Source: Nitrososphaerota archaeon
GTDB taxonomy: Archaea; Thermoproteota; Nitrososphaeria; Nitrososphaerales; Nitrosopumilaceae
Length of the DNA: 32,000 nt
Assembly: GCA_016215465.1 (NCBI GenBank)
Contig: JACRJT010000052.1
Location: forward strand, 22,113 to 54,112
Direction: 5' to 3'
Both the position numbers and the translations under genes were made by a program. Position 1 is the stretch's first letter. The number at the start of each line of letters is the position of its first letter. This document shows positions 23,850-31,840 of the stretch, piece by piece. The notes beneath the pieces are model-generated. The model saw only the letters and a list, made by a program, of their open reading frames with translations. It was not told the DNA's origin and did no database searches.

Positions 23850-24655
23850 TGCAATACCTCCATCAGTCCAAGGTGTGATGATTTTATCTTTGCAATTTCG
23901 GCAATTGCAGATTTTGTGTATACTGTTAGTCTAATTGGCTGAGAACCTGGCGCCAAGTCAAGAATTGATAGGTCGTTTGCGTTTACTACGTCTACTCCCA
24001 AGAAGCCACCGCATGCCTTGGCAAGATTTTTTGCATCTTTGGTTACAAAGAGGATGCTTTTTCCAACCTTTGTTTTTCTTCCTCGAATAACTGCTCTGCC
24101 AGAACGCGCCTTGCGGCTTTCTAGTCTTCTAATGTCAGGAGTCAGGTGTAACGCATCGAATACTTTGAGTATGTCTTTTGCCTTTGATATGTTTTCGATA
24201 TCGTCAGACACCACTAGTGGGAATGACTCGACTTTTTCAACTACGTGTCCTCTTGATTCTACTATGTCCTTCGAGGCAGTAGCCGCAATTGCAGAGCAAA
24301 GCGCAAATCTATTTTCTTTCTTGTTTAGTTTCTTGTAGATTATTTTTTCAGATGTTGGTGGGTGTGCCTGTCTCCCACCTCTTGTTTGTGAGACGCCTGC
24401 ACCTTCACCCTGTCTTGGTCCACCACCTCGGATTCTTGCAATTCTTGCTTTGCCGTGTCCTGTTGGAGGATCGTTTGACATTGCAACTACATCCATACCT
24501 GCAGTTGGGTGTCGTCCCTGGGACTGATAATGGTGAGAATCTAAATTGACAAATGCTCTGTGAATTACGTCTTTTCTGAACGGAGTTAGAAACACTGGAG
24601 GCAGTTCAATTTCTTCCTGCTTTGTTCCAGTTAACGAGAATGTTTTGGCCTTCAT
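23846..24655 (-). CDS. rpl4: Ribosomal protein uL4
   Basis: Protein of 269 aa of the archaeal L4/L1e type (GHGKARI.R.RGGG, GGRQAHPP). Confidence 0.95.
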   Translation of the reverse strand: MKAKTFSLTGTKQEEIELPPVFLTPFRKDVIHRAFVNLDSHHYQSQGRHPTAGMDVVAMSNDPPTGHGKARIARIRGGGPRQGEGAGVSQTRGGRQAHPPTSEKIIYKKLNKKENRFALCSAIAATASKDIVESRGHVVEKVESFPLVVSDDIENISKAKDILKVFDALHLTPDIRRLESRKARSGRAVIRGRKTKVGKSILFVTKDAKNLAKACGGFLGVDVVNANDLSILDLAPGSQPIRLTVYTKSAIAEIAKIKSSHLGLMEVLQ

Positions 24656-25644
24656 ATCACAATCTCCAATATGTTTGGCTTGAGAACCTTTGTTGGAATG
24701 TCTCTCATTTGCGCTCTGAGCTTAACAAGACGTCGGTATGTTCCAGGGACGGAGCCTTTCAAAACAACATAGTCTCCATTTACGACACCATAGTGTTTGA
24801 ATCCGCCTGAAGGATTTATTTTAAATTCATTTTTGCCAGTGTTACTCATTATCATAATTCTTTTATTGTATTCAACTCTTTGATGGAAACCTCGTTGTCC
24901 GGCACGTGGTACAGTGTACATGATGCTTGCTGGAGAAATTGGACCTAATGAACCAAGTGCTCTTACGCTTTTTCTTGACTTGTGTTGCTTTTTCTTAACA
25001 CCCCATCTGGTGATTGGGCCTTCGATGCCTTTTCCTTTTGTTATTGATGCGACATCAACAGTTGTGCCAAGCTCAAAGACTTCTTCTACTTTGACTTGTT
25101 TTCCGAAAAGATTTTTCAAAAATTCAAATTGTGCTTTGGTATCTCCACCTTTTACTGCGACTTCAAACACATATGGTTTCTTTTGCTCAAGTCCCGCGGT
25201 GTTTGGGAATACTGCAACTACTGCAAATAGCTCGTTTACTTTGCTGAGCATTTTTTCTGCTTGTTCCAAGCCGCCTTCTTTTGGTTTTACTGTAAATAAT
25301 CGCGATACTTCTTTTGGCATGTCACTGCTGTACACATCAAACAATGCGTGTGCACCATCATTGTCATCATGATAACCCCGAATTCCAATTATTGAGATTG
25401 GTGGAGTCGCGACAACAGTTCCAAGGCTTACAAGTTGTTTGCCATGGTTTGGTGTTTTTTCTCTATCGTCAATACTGACAATTTGGATGCATCCCACTTT
25501 GAATCCTGCATAGCCTAACAGTTTTGGCTGTTCTGAGTTCACTTCAGGCCAGTTTCGAATTCTCGCCTCCATGCTTTTGGCACGTCCCCTAGGTGAGTAC
25601 GCAAGACTTCCACGACGTGGCTGACTGTATTTCTTATGTCCCAT
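24652..25644 (-). CDS. rpl3: Ribosomal protein uL3
   Basis: Protein of 330 aa with N-terminal MGHKKYSQPRRGSLAYSPRGRA, typical of archaeal L3. It is the first gene of the operon. Confidence 0.95.
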   Translation of the reverse strand: MGHKKYSQPRRGSLAYSPRGRAKSMEARIRNWPEVNSEQPKLLGYAGFKVGCIQIVSIDDREKTPNHGKQLVSLGTVVATPPISIIGIRGYHDDNDGAHALFDVYSSDMPKEVSRLFTVKPKEGGLEQAEKMLSKVNELFAVVAVFPNTAGLEQKKPYVFEVAVKGGDTKAQFEFLKNLFGKQVKVEEVFELGTTVDVASITKGKGIEGPITRWGVKKKQHKSRKSVRALGSLGPISPASIMYTVPRAGQRGFHQRVEYNKRIMIMSNTGKNEFKINPSGGFKHYGVVNGDYVVLKGSVPGTYRRLVKLRAQMRDIPTKVLKPNILEIVI

Positions 25645-25695
25645 GGATAATCGAAAACCTCGTTAACCCCATTATATACCTAGGGATAACGAATG

Positions 25696-25806
25696 TTACG
25701 GTTTCACTAAACTTGCAAGCGAAAGATAAAACGTGATTCCGCCAATTACAATTCCGACAATCCCGACTAGAATCACCAGTTTAAGAAAATTTTTTGATTT
25801 TGTCAT
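25696..25806 (-). CDS. Candidate 36-aa single-pass membrane peptide (below the ORF-track cutoff)
   Basis: My own translation gives MTKSKNFLKLVILVGIVGIVIGGITFYLSLASLVKP. One hydrophobic helix. It lies between the SPOUT methyltransferase gene and the uL3 promoter region. Confidence 0.25.
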   Translation of the reverse strand: MTKSKNFLKLVILVGIVGIVIGGITFYLSLASLVKP

Positions 25807-25820
25807 CTTGGCACACAAAA

Positions 25821-26639
25821 TCATTGATTTGAGTTTGCAAAGTTAAGAATGGACAGTATTCCAAGCAGTGCCTCTTCCATTCTTACGGTGTCAGTTGCCT
25901 GGTTTGGGAAAAAGTTGAGCACCTTTGCATTTGAGATGTCATTTATTCTCTGGCCAAGTATGTCGTACAGCCCTCGATCTGGGCCACCCAAAACCAAAAG
26001 CAGTGGCTTCTCAGATCCCGAATAATACTCCAAATGCTTTTGGGTCGCGTTTTTTCCCTTACGCGATGTCATGAGAATGTCTCCCTTCCACTCAGTTAGC
26101 AGCTTTAGAAGGTTTGATCGCTCCTTTACTTTGTAGCCCCAGTATTGCTTTATCTCGTTTTCAGAAATTTCCTTCACTGTGACAGTTGGGACCAGGGTTT
26201 TGATTTGGACTGTTATTCGTTTCTTTTCGTGTTCCTTCCCATAGTATATGACAGGATCAAACGTTCCAATGTCAAGGAATTTTTTCCCCTTGTGATGCAG
26301 TACTACTCCTTCACGGATATCACCTACCTTGAGATATTTCGGGTTTGCCAAAAGCGAGTGATGTGGAATCTGTAATGGATGCAGTATGCCAGCATACTTG
26401 AGTTCGTCTATTTTTGGAAAGAGTGCCTTTCGCAAATATTGCGGAGTTTCAAGATAGCGCAGAATCAACGACAGTAGGAATCGGTCTGCCTCGCTTCCGC
26501 CGCTTTCTTCGTACAGGTATATTGTATCAATTTTAAAAATTGCGCATGCTCGTGCAATTAAGGAAGCCTTACGGGACTTGTCAAGCTGTGTTGATTCATC
26601 CTTGAGTGCAGAGTCTGGAATAGCGATTGAAATTTTCAA
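25821..26639 (-). CDS. Putative SPOUT-class RNA methyltransferase (DUF171 / Methyltrn_RNA_3-like)
   Basis: Protein of 272 aa. The N-terminal ISIAIPDSAL...ASLIARACAIFKIDTIYLY is characteristic of that family, and a C-terminal LLVLGGPDRGL knot-region-like motif is present. Confidence 0.72.
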   Translation of the reverse strand: MKISIAIPDSALKDESTQLDKSRKASLIARACAIFKIDTIYLYEESGGSEADRFLLSLILRYLETPQYLRKALFPKIDELKYAGILHPLQIPHHSLLANPKYLKVGDIREGVVLHHKGKKFLDIGTFDPVIYYGKEHEKKRITVQIKTLVPTVTVKEISENEIKQYWGYKVKERSNLLKLLTEWKGDILMTSRKGKNATQKHLEYYSGSEKPLLLVLGGPDRGLYDILGQRINDISNAKVLNFFPNQATDTVRMEEALLGILSILNFANSNQ

Positions 26640-26650
26640 TATTGATAAAC

Positions 26651-27400
26651 TTATGAGGACGGGACTGGGAATTTTTGCTTTGCAATTTTTGCATAGTTTA
26701 CAATTTGTTCTTGCGTTACCTTGTCAAACTGTTTTGTAGATGACTGTACGTTTGACATCTTGATGTGATCTGTTCCTTCCTTTTGGTCACTTGCAAGGTA
26801 TATGCAGGATACGGCTAGTGCAGATGCATCTTCAAGTGACATGTCTGGCTTGTAATTTTTTTCAAGAAAATCATTTGCTTGATCAGAGTTTGCACCAATT
26901 GCTACTGCATCATATGCAATGTATGTTCCACTAGGATCAGTCAAAAACAAAGAGTTGCCATTAGAGTCAACTCCGCCAATAATTAGTGCAACACCAAACG
27001 GTCTTGCTCCTCCAAACTGGGTGTATTGCTGGCATTGGTCTGCAAGATGTTTTGCTACGGTTTCCACGTCGACGGGTTCGTCATAGATCATCCTGTTGCT
27101 TTGTGAAAAGAATCTTGCTGCATCTGCCTGACTTCTCGCATCAGGGATGTATCCCGCTGCTGCAAATCCGATGTGCTCGTCAATTTGAAATATTTTATGT
27201 GCTGATTCTGAAATTTGTAATTTTCGTGGTTTTTCTTCGACTGCGATTACGACGCCATCTTTGCTTTTGATTCCAACTGCAATTGCCCCACGCCTTACTG
27301 TTTCAATTGCATATTCTACTTGGTAAAGTCTCCCATCTGGAGAAAATATTGTAATAGCTCTGTCATAACCTTGTTGAGAAGGAAGCAATTCAGTTTTCAA
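26651..27400 (-). CDS. psmA: Proteasome subunit alpha
   Basis: GYDRAITIFSPDGRLYQVEYA and the remainder are typical of the 20S alpha subunit. Only TTG starts are available upstream of the conserved N-terminus. Confidence 0.95.
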   Translation of the reverse strand: MKTELLPSQQGYDRAITIFSPDGRLYQVEYAIETVRRGAIAVGIKSKDGVVIAVEEKPRKLQISESAHKIFQIDEHIGFAAAGYIPDARSQADAARFFSQSNRMIYDEPVDVETVAKHLADQCQQYTQFGGARPFGVALIIGGVDSNGNSLFLTDPSGTYIAYDAVAIGANSDQANDFLEKNYKPDMSLEDASALAVSCIYLASDQKEGTDHIKMSNVQSSTKQFDKVTQEQIVNYAKIAKQKFPVPSS

Positions 27401-27429
27401 TGCTTTGAAAGTTTAATTTAAGTCTAGTC

Positions 27430-27858
27430 ATGGGATGTAGCGTGCGATTTGAGATTCCATTTTACGGCCACGAAAATGTCAGAGCGTTTCACGCAAGAAC
27501 AATAGAGATCACAACTGAGCCTGATCTTACAATACAGGGAGATTGTATTATCGGAGTTTCTGCAGAATGTGGCTGCAAAGACATTCCAAAAAAACTAAAG
27601 GAAAAACTAAGAGATAAGCGATCTACAGTCACACTTTCAATTCAAGTAAACGATGAAATTTTTCAAGTTGCTGGGAATGGAAATCCAGATCTGATACTAG
27701 AACACCCACACGACATAGTGATTAGGAAAAGTAAGTTTTTGTGCCCAAGGACATTGGCAATAGATTGCGACAAGGCATCAAATGACATTCCACGCAAAAT
27801 GATAAAGATGTTGCAAAGCCCGCAAACAAAGGGTGTCTTTGTGATCGAAGTTACTTGA
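27430..27858 (+). CDS. DUF371-family protein
   Basis: Protein of 142 aa. The pattern GHENVRAFHARTIEITTEPDLTIQGDCIIGV matches my recollection of the archaeal DUF371 family. Confidence 0.65.
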   Translation: MGCSVRFEIPFYGHENVRAFHARTIEITTEPDLTIQGDCIIGVSAECGCKDIPKKLKEKLRDKRSTVTLSIQVNDEIFQVAGNGNPDLILEHPHDIVIRKSKFLCPRTLAIDCDKASNDIPRKMIKMLQSPQTKGVFVIEVT

Positions 27859-28372
27859 TCTTTTTTTGTGATGTGTAGTCTTTTGTTTCCAAAGCCTTTG
27901 CAGTTGCGCGATTGACAATTTCCATTAGAAGAAATTCTCCGTAACCTTGCTTGTCTGTCTTTTTTTGCAGCGCTGGTTTTTTTGCAATGCCTTCAAGAAT
28001 TTTTTCAATCTTTGCAGATGTGTTTTCTATGATTGAAGAATACTTGGTGTCAAAATCTTTTGAGGAATGATTCCCAAGAAACTTAGTCGACGTGCCGTAG
28101 AATTTTGCAACTGCCCCCCTCACTTCTTCAATTTTTACGATTTCAATTAGGCCTGCTTCTTTTAGAATGTCGATGTGATGTCGAACGGTAGTTATTGCCT
28201 TGTTGTGACCTGTTTTTTGCAACTCCTTTGTGATTTGTTCTGCTGTGAGTCTTTTGTGATACAGAATTTCCACAATTTTTGCCCGTGCTGGGTCTTCGAG
28301 TGCACGTGCATGTTCAACTGAAATTGTCATTATGCGACTAATTTTGATTGGTTTTTCAAGTAATGTAGACAT
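27851..28372 (-). CDS. ArsR-like winged-helix transcriptional regulator with a C-terminal extension
   Basis: The sequence LEDPARAKIVEILYHKRLTAEQITKEL....AITTVRHHIDILKEAGLIE is an ArsR/SmtB-type HTH. Total length is 173 aa. Confidence 0.75.
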   Translation of the reverse strand: MSTLLEKPIKISRIMTISVEHARALEDPARAKIVEILYHKRLTAEQITKELQKTGHNKAITTVRHHIDILKEAGLIEIVKIEEVRGAVAKFYGTSTKFLGNHSSKDFDTKYSSIIENTSAKIEKILEGIAKKPALQKKTDKQGYGEFLLMEIVNRATAKALETKDYTSQKKIK

Positions 28373-28615
28373 GATAGCGTTCTGTATTTGGGTTAGCTAA
28401 AAGATCAACGTATCACATTTTTTTGTCTAATCGCACTATTTTTTTTATATTACTAGAAATCTCGTATCAAAACCGATAAATTCCCTTTTGCTACTATTAA
28501 TCTCATACTGGTATCACAAATATGGTATCATGATGATAAATTTGGTAACCCTACAACTAATTTTTGAAATGAATGAATTTTTGAAAATCTGAAACCCCCA
28601 CTGCCAAACAGGTGC

Positions 28616-28638
28616 AAAACGCCCCAAAATGGGGTTTT
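28616..28638 (-). terminator. Candidate hairpin plus T-run downstream of purC
   Basis: On the minus strand, AAAACCCCATTTTGGGGCGTTTT (C4/G4 stem flanked by A4/T4) lies about 40-60 nt after the purC stop. Function was not tested. Confidence 0.3.
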
Positions 28639-28676
28639 GAAAAAGTTCCAACTAGGGGGAGAATTTGAAATTCGAG

Positions 28677-29501
28677 TTAAAGCGTCTTGCCAGTAAGCTT
28701 TTCGTATGAAAACACGTAGCGCTCCGACATTTTGCGAATTATGTCAGCAGGTATCGAGGGGGCTATCGGCTCCTTTCCTTGCGCTCTGAAATCCTCAAAC
28801 TGTTTTTGATAGCCGTTTGCAGTGAGCCAGTCGCGAAGAATTTGTTTGTCATATGATTCCTGAATTTTTCCAATTGTGTAAGCGTCCTTTGGCCACAACC
28901 GGTATTCATCAGGGCCAATAGAATCACCAAGCAAGATTTCATCGTTTAGCTTGCCGAACTCCAACTTCAAGTCTGCAAGAATGAATCCTGCCGAGTCTGC
29001 AATTTCTGACATCAAATTATAAATTTCAATTGATTTTGACTCAAGCCATTCAAATTCCTGTTTTGTTACAAGCCCACGCGTTACGGCAGATTCCTTTGTT
29101 ACTGGCTCATCATGCTCCGCCTTTGTCGTAGGATCAAATATTGGGCACAGTAGCTTGGCTGCAGTTTCAGTTATCGTCCCAGGAGGCAGATGTATTTCTC
29201 TACGCTTCCATCGCGAGGCAAGGCTTCCATAGAAATAGCCACGGACTACACATTCCATTGGGATCATTTTCATTTTCTTGACAATGATTTCGTTTTTTGA
29301 TACAGTTTTGATATAGTGGTTTTTTACAGGCAGCTTATTGAACCAAAATTCCGCAAACTTGCACAGAACCTCGCCCTTGAGAGGAATCGGGTCGCGGAAC
29401 TTGACGTCATACGCAGATACCCGATCGCTGAACTGAAACTGTAACTTGCCATCCTCCAAATCATAAACGTCTTTTACCTTGCCAGACCCTACAAACTTCA
29501 A
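28677..29501 (-). CDS. purC: Phosphoribosylaminoimidazole-succinocarboxamide (SAICAR) synthase
   Basis: Protein of 274 aa with GKVKDVY, FSDRVSAYD and LADLKLEFG motifs typical of PurC. Confidence 0.93.
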   Translation of the reverse strand: MKFVGSGKVKDVYDLEDGKLQFQFSDRVSAYDVKFRDPIPLKGEVLCKFAEFWFNKLPVKNHYIKTVSKNEIIVKKMKMIPMECVVRGYFYGSLASRWKRREIHLPPGTITETAAKLLCPIFDPTTKAEHDEPVTKESAVTRGLVTKQEFEWLESKSIEIYNLMSEIADSAGFILADLKLEFGKLNDEILLGDSIGPDEYRLWPKDAYTIGKIQESYDKQILRDWLTANGYQKQFEDFRAQGKEPIAPSIPADIIRKMSERYVFSYEKLTGKTL

Positions 29502-29583
29502 TTATTTTCCAAGTTTTGATAATTAATCTATCATTATAACAATTTTGAATTGATTTTTTAATCCAGTAATCAATAGAAAAAAT

Positions 29584-31125
29584 ATGAAGATCCTTCTTTT
29601 GGCATTGTTTTTGTCTTTGGGAGTTTTGCCAGCGTTTGCCCAAGTGGAATCAGATGGGCCAAAAATCAAGGATGACAGTTTGTCAGTTGAGACATACGTA
29701 AAAGGAATTCCAAACAATCCAACTACGATGACATTTGTTGGAGATGATATTTTGGTACTGCAAAGATATGACGGTCAAGTACGACTTGTAAGAGACGGAG
29801 TCTTGCAAGACAGACTTGTTTTGGACGTTTCAGTTGCAAAGGATGGAGAGCGAGGGATGCTTGGAATTACATCAATTGGATCTACGGTTTATGTGTATTT
29901 TACCGCAGCCGATGCAGATGGCGGAAAAGCAATTGAGAATCGAATTTACAAGTACGAGTGGGATGGAAATAGTCTAGTCAATCCAGTTTTGCTAAAGACG
30001 CTTCCGAGCGATAATTTTTACCATAACGGCGGAGCGATGACTAACTTTGATGGTCAGGTGTATGCGATAATGGGCGATAATGGTAACTATGGCAGATTAC
30101 AGAACAGAGCGACAGATTGGAAAAACGACACTAGTGTTATTTTGAGAATTGATCCACCAGGACAATATTATGCGATGGGAGTTAGGAATAGTTTTGGAAT
30201 TACATTTGATCCCAATACTGGAAATCTCTGGGATACCGAAAATGGAGATGATGAATATGATGAGATCAATCTAGTTCCAGAAAATTTCAACAGTGGATGG
30301 ATTGAGATAATGGGGCCTGCAAAAAATCAAGAACAGATCGACTCGTTACCAAAATATGGGAATTTTGTTTACAGTGACCCAGAATTCAGTTGGCAAAGAC
30401 CAGTTGCCCCAACTGCAATTTCTTTTGTAAAGTCGGACAAGCTAAAGGATTACTCAGACAGCGTATTTGTGGGCGATTGCAATACTGGTAATTTGTACAG
30501 ATTCAAACTCGACTCAGATAGAACGGGTTTTGTCTTCGAGTCACCTGAACTAGCAGACAAGGTTCTCAACATTGGCGAATCGGCAGATGAAATTCTATTT
30601 GGCACAGACTTTGGATGTGTGACCGATATTGAGGTAGGTCCAGATGGGCTACTATACATCGTATCACTCTCAGAGGAAAAAATCTACAGAATAATTCCGA
30701 AGGTAGTGGCTGAGCAATCCAACCAAAAGCCAGATGCCGGCGGAGGATGTCTGATTGCAACTGCAGCGTACGGAACTGAACTATCCACCCAAGTACAGAT
30801 GCTTCGAGAATTACGAGACAGTGTCTTGTTCAATACCGAATCTGGGACAACTTTCATGGCAGGGTTTAACCAATTTTACTATTCATTTAGTCCAACCGTA
30901 GCAGATTGGGAAAGACAGAGTCCAGTTTTCAAGGAATTTGTAAGAATAGCCATATCCCCAATGCTGTCCACCATGTCCATTCTGAATTACGCCAATATTG
31001 ATTCAGAGCAAGAAATGTTAGGATATGGAATCGGAGTCGTCTTACTAAATTCTGCGATGTATTTTGTCATGCCCATATTGGCCATTGTGAAGATACGACA
31101 GCATTTTAGCAAAAAAAGCAATTAA
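29584..31125 (+). CDS. Secreted glucose/sorbosone-dehydrogenase-like beta-propeller with a C-terminal Cys-motif and membrane-anchor module
   Basis: Signal peptide MKILLLALFLSLGVLPAFA. GSDH-family motifs ERGMLGI, HNGGAM, GDNG, GVRNSFGITFDP.TGNLW.TENG.DEYDEIN and GPDGLLYIV. The last ~130 aa begin GGGCLIATAAYGTELSTQVQMLRELRD and end in a hydrophobic helix plus a basic tail. Confidence 0.8.
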   Translation: MKILLLALFLSLGVLPAFAQVESDGPKIKDDSLSVETYVKGIPNNPTTMTFVGDDILVLQRYDGQVRLVRDGVLQDRLVLDVSVAKDGERGMLGITSIGSTVYVYFTAADADGGKAIENRIYKYEWDGNSLVNPVLLKTLPSDNFYHNGGAMTNFDGQVYAIMGDNGNYGRLQNRATDWKNDTSVILRIDPPGQYYAMGVRNSFGITFDPNTGNLWDTENGDDEYDEINLVPENFNSGWIEIMGPAKNQEQIDSLPKYGNFVYSDPEFSWQRPVAPTAISFVKSDKLKDYSDSVFVGDCNTGNLYRFKLDSDRTGFVFESPELADKVLNIGESADEILFGTDFGCVTDIEVGPDGLLYIVSLSEEKIYRIIPKVVAEQSNQKPDAGGGCLIATAAYGTELSTQVQMLRELRDSVLFNTESGTTFMAGFNQFYYSFSPTVADWERQSPVFKEFVRIAISPMLSTMSILNYANIDSEQEMLGYGIGVVLLNSAMYFVMPILAIVKIRQHFSKKSN

Positions 31126-31201
31126 TTCAAAATAGTCATTACCAGTCACGTTTAGCACACCAAAACAAAAATTTATCAATGAAATTTTCCCTACACATAA
31201 C

Positions 31202-31408
31202 ATGCGAGACATTAATGACATAATGCCCAAGATCCCAAACATGAAGTGGGGCGCTTTAACTAACAAGTACCCTACAAAAAATAACGTAAAGGAGCTAGAC
31301 CAGCTGCTTCCACACGACAAAAAATGGCACACCGTCTTTGATCTTGAGGACCAAGTCTATGTTGACGATGTACGAGTCTGGAAAAAAGACAAAAAAGATT
31401 GGACTTAG
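31202..31408 (+). CDS. Hypothetical small protein
   Basis: Track ORF of 68 aa with an ATG start. No family was recognised. Confidence 0.4.
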   Translation: MRDINDIMPKIPNMKWGALTNKYPTKNNVKELDQLLPHDKKWHTVFDLEDQVYVDDVRVWKKDKKDWT

Positions 31409-31797
31409 GAGCCCATCATTCCAGGAATCTTCGGTGGAATTCTGTACGGCTTTGTTACCGAAATTCCGTTATCTGCAGTAACTTTTACTTGGTGCAACGA
31501 GTTTTCAGAGGGTGGAGACAGGATTACCTTTTGTCCAGGAGCCAGAGTACCCAAATTCAACACATGCCCATCACCGTAATTTACAACCACATTAGTTAGC
31601 GGTTTTGCACCAATATTTTGAACCATCACCCGAGCAGTTACAAAAAGATTTTGTGGATCCTTGAACGGGTCTACGTCAATCTCATAGTCTTGTGATGAAA
31701 ATGTTCCCTTGGATAACGAAAAAGCAATGACGCCCCCAATTCCAGCAATTACTGCGATTCCAATTATTATGAAAAATTTGTACGATGAAACCATCAA
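31405..31797 (-). CDS. Hypothetical membrane-anchored protein with a beta-sandwich-like ectodomain
   Basis: N-terminal transmembrane helix (FFIIIGIAVIAGIGGVIAF) followed by a CARDB-like pattern (VMVQNIGAKPLTNVVVNYGDG...LAPGQ). The family call is tentative. Confidence 0.55.
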   Translation of the reverse strand: MMVSSYKFFIIIGIAVIAGIGGVIAFSLSKGTFSSQDYEIDVDPFKDPQNLFVTARVMVQNIGAKPLTNVVVNYGDGHVLNLGTLAPGQKVILSPPSENSLHQVKVTADNGISVTKPYRIPPKIPGMMGS

Positions 31798-31840
31798 ATG
31801 AATAGATGCAAACTAATTTAAAAAATAGATCAACTGGGAA

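Noticed and set aside
28661-28676. GAATTTGAAATTCGAG, next to the purC stop, as a further copy of the 25-nt element.
   Set aside because: It shares only AAATTCGA. The palindrome and flanks are not preserved, so it falls below what I would call a copy.
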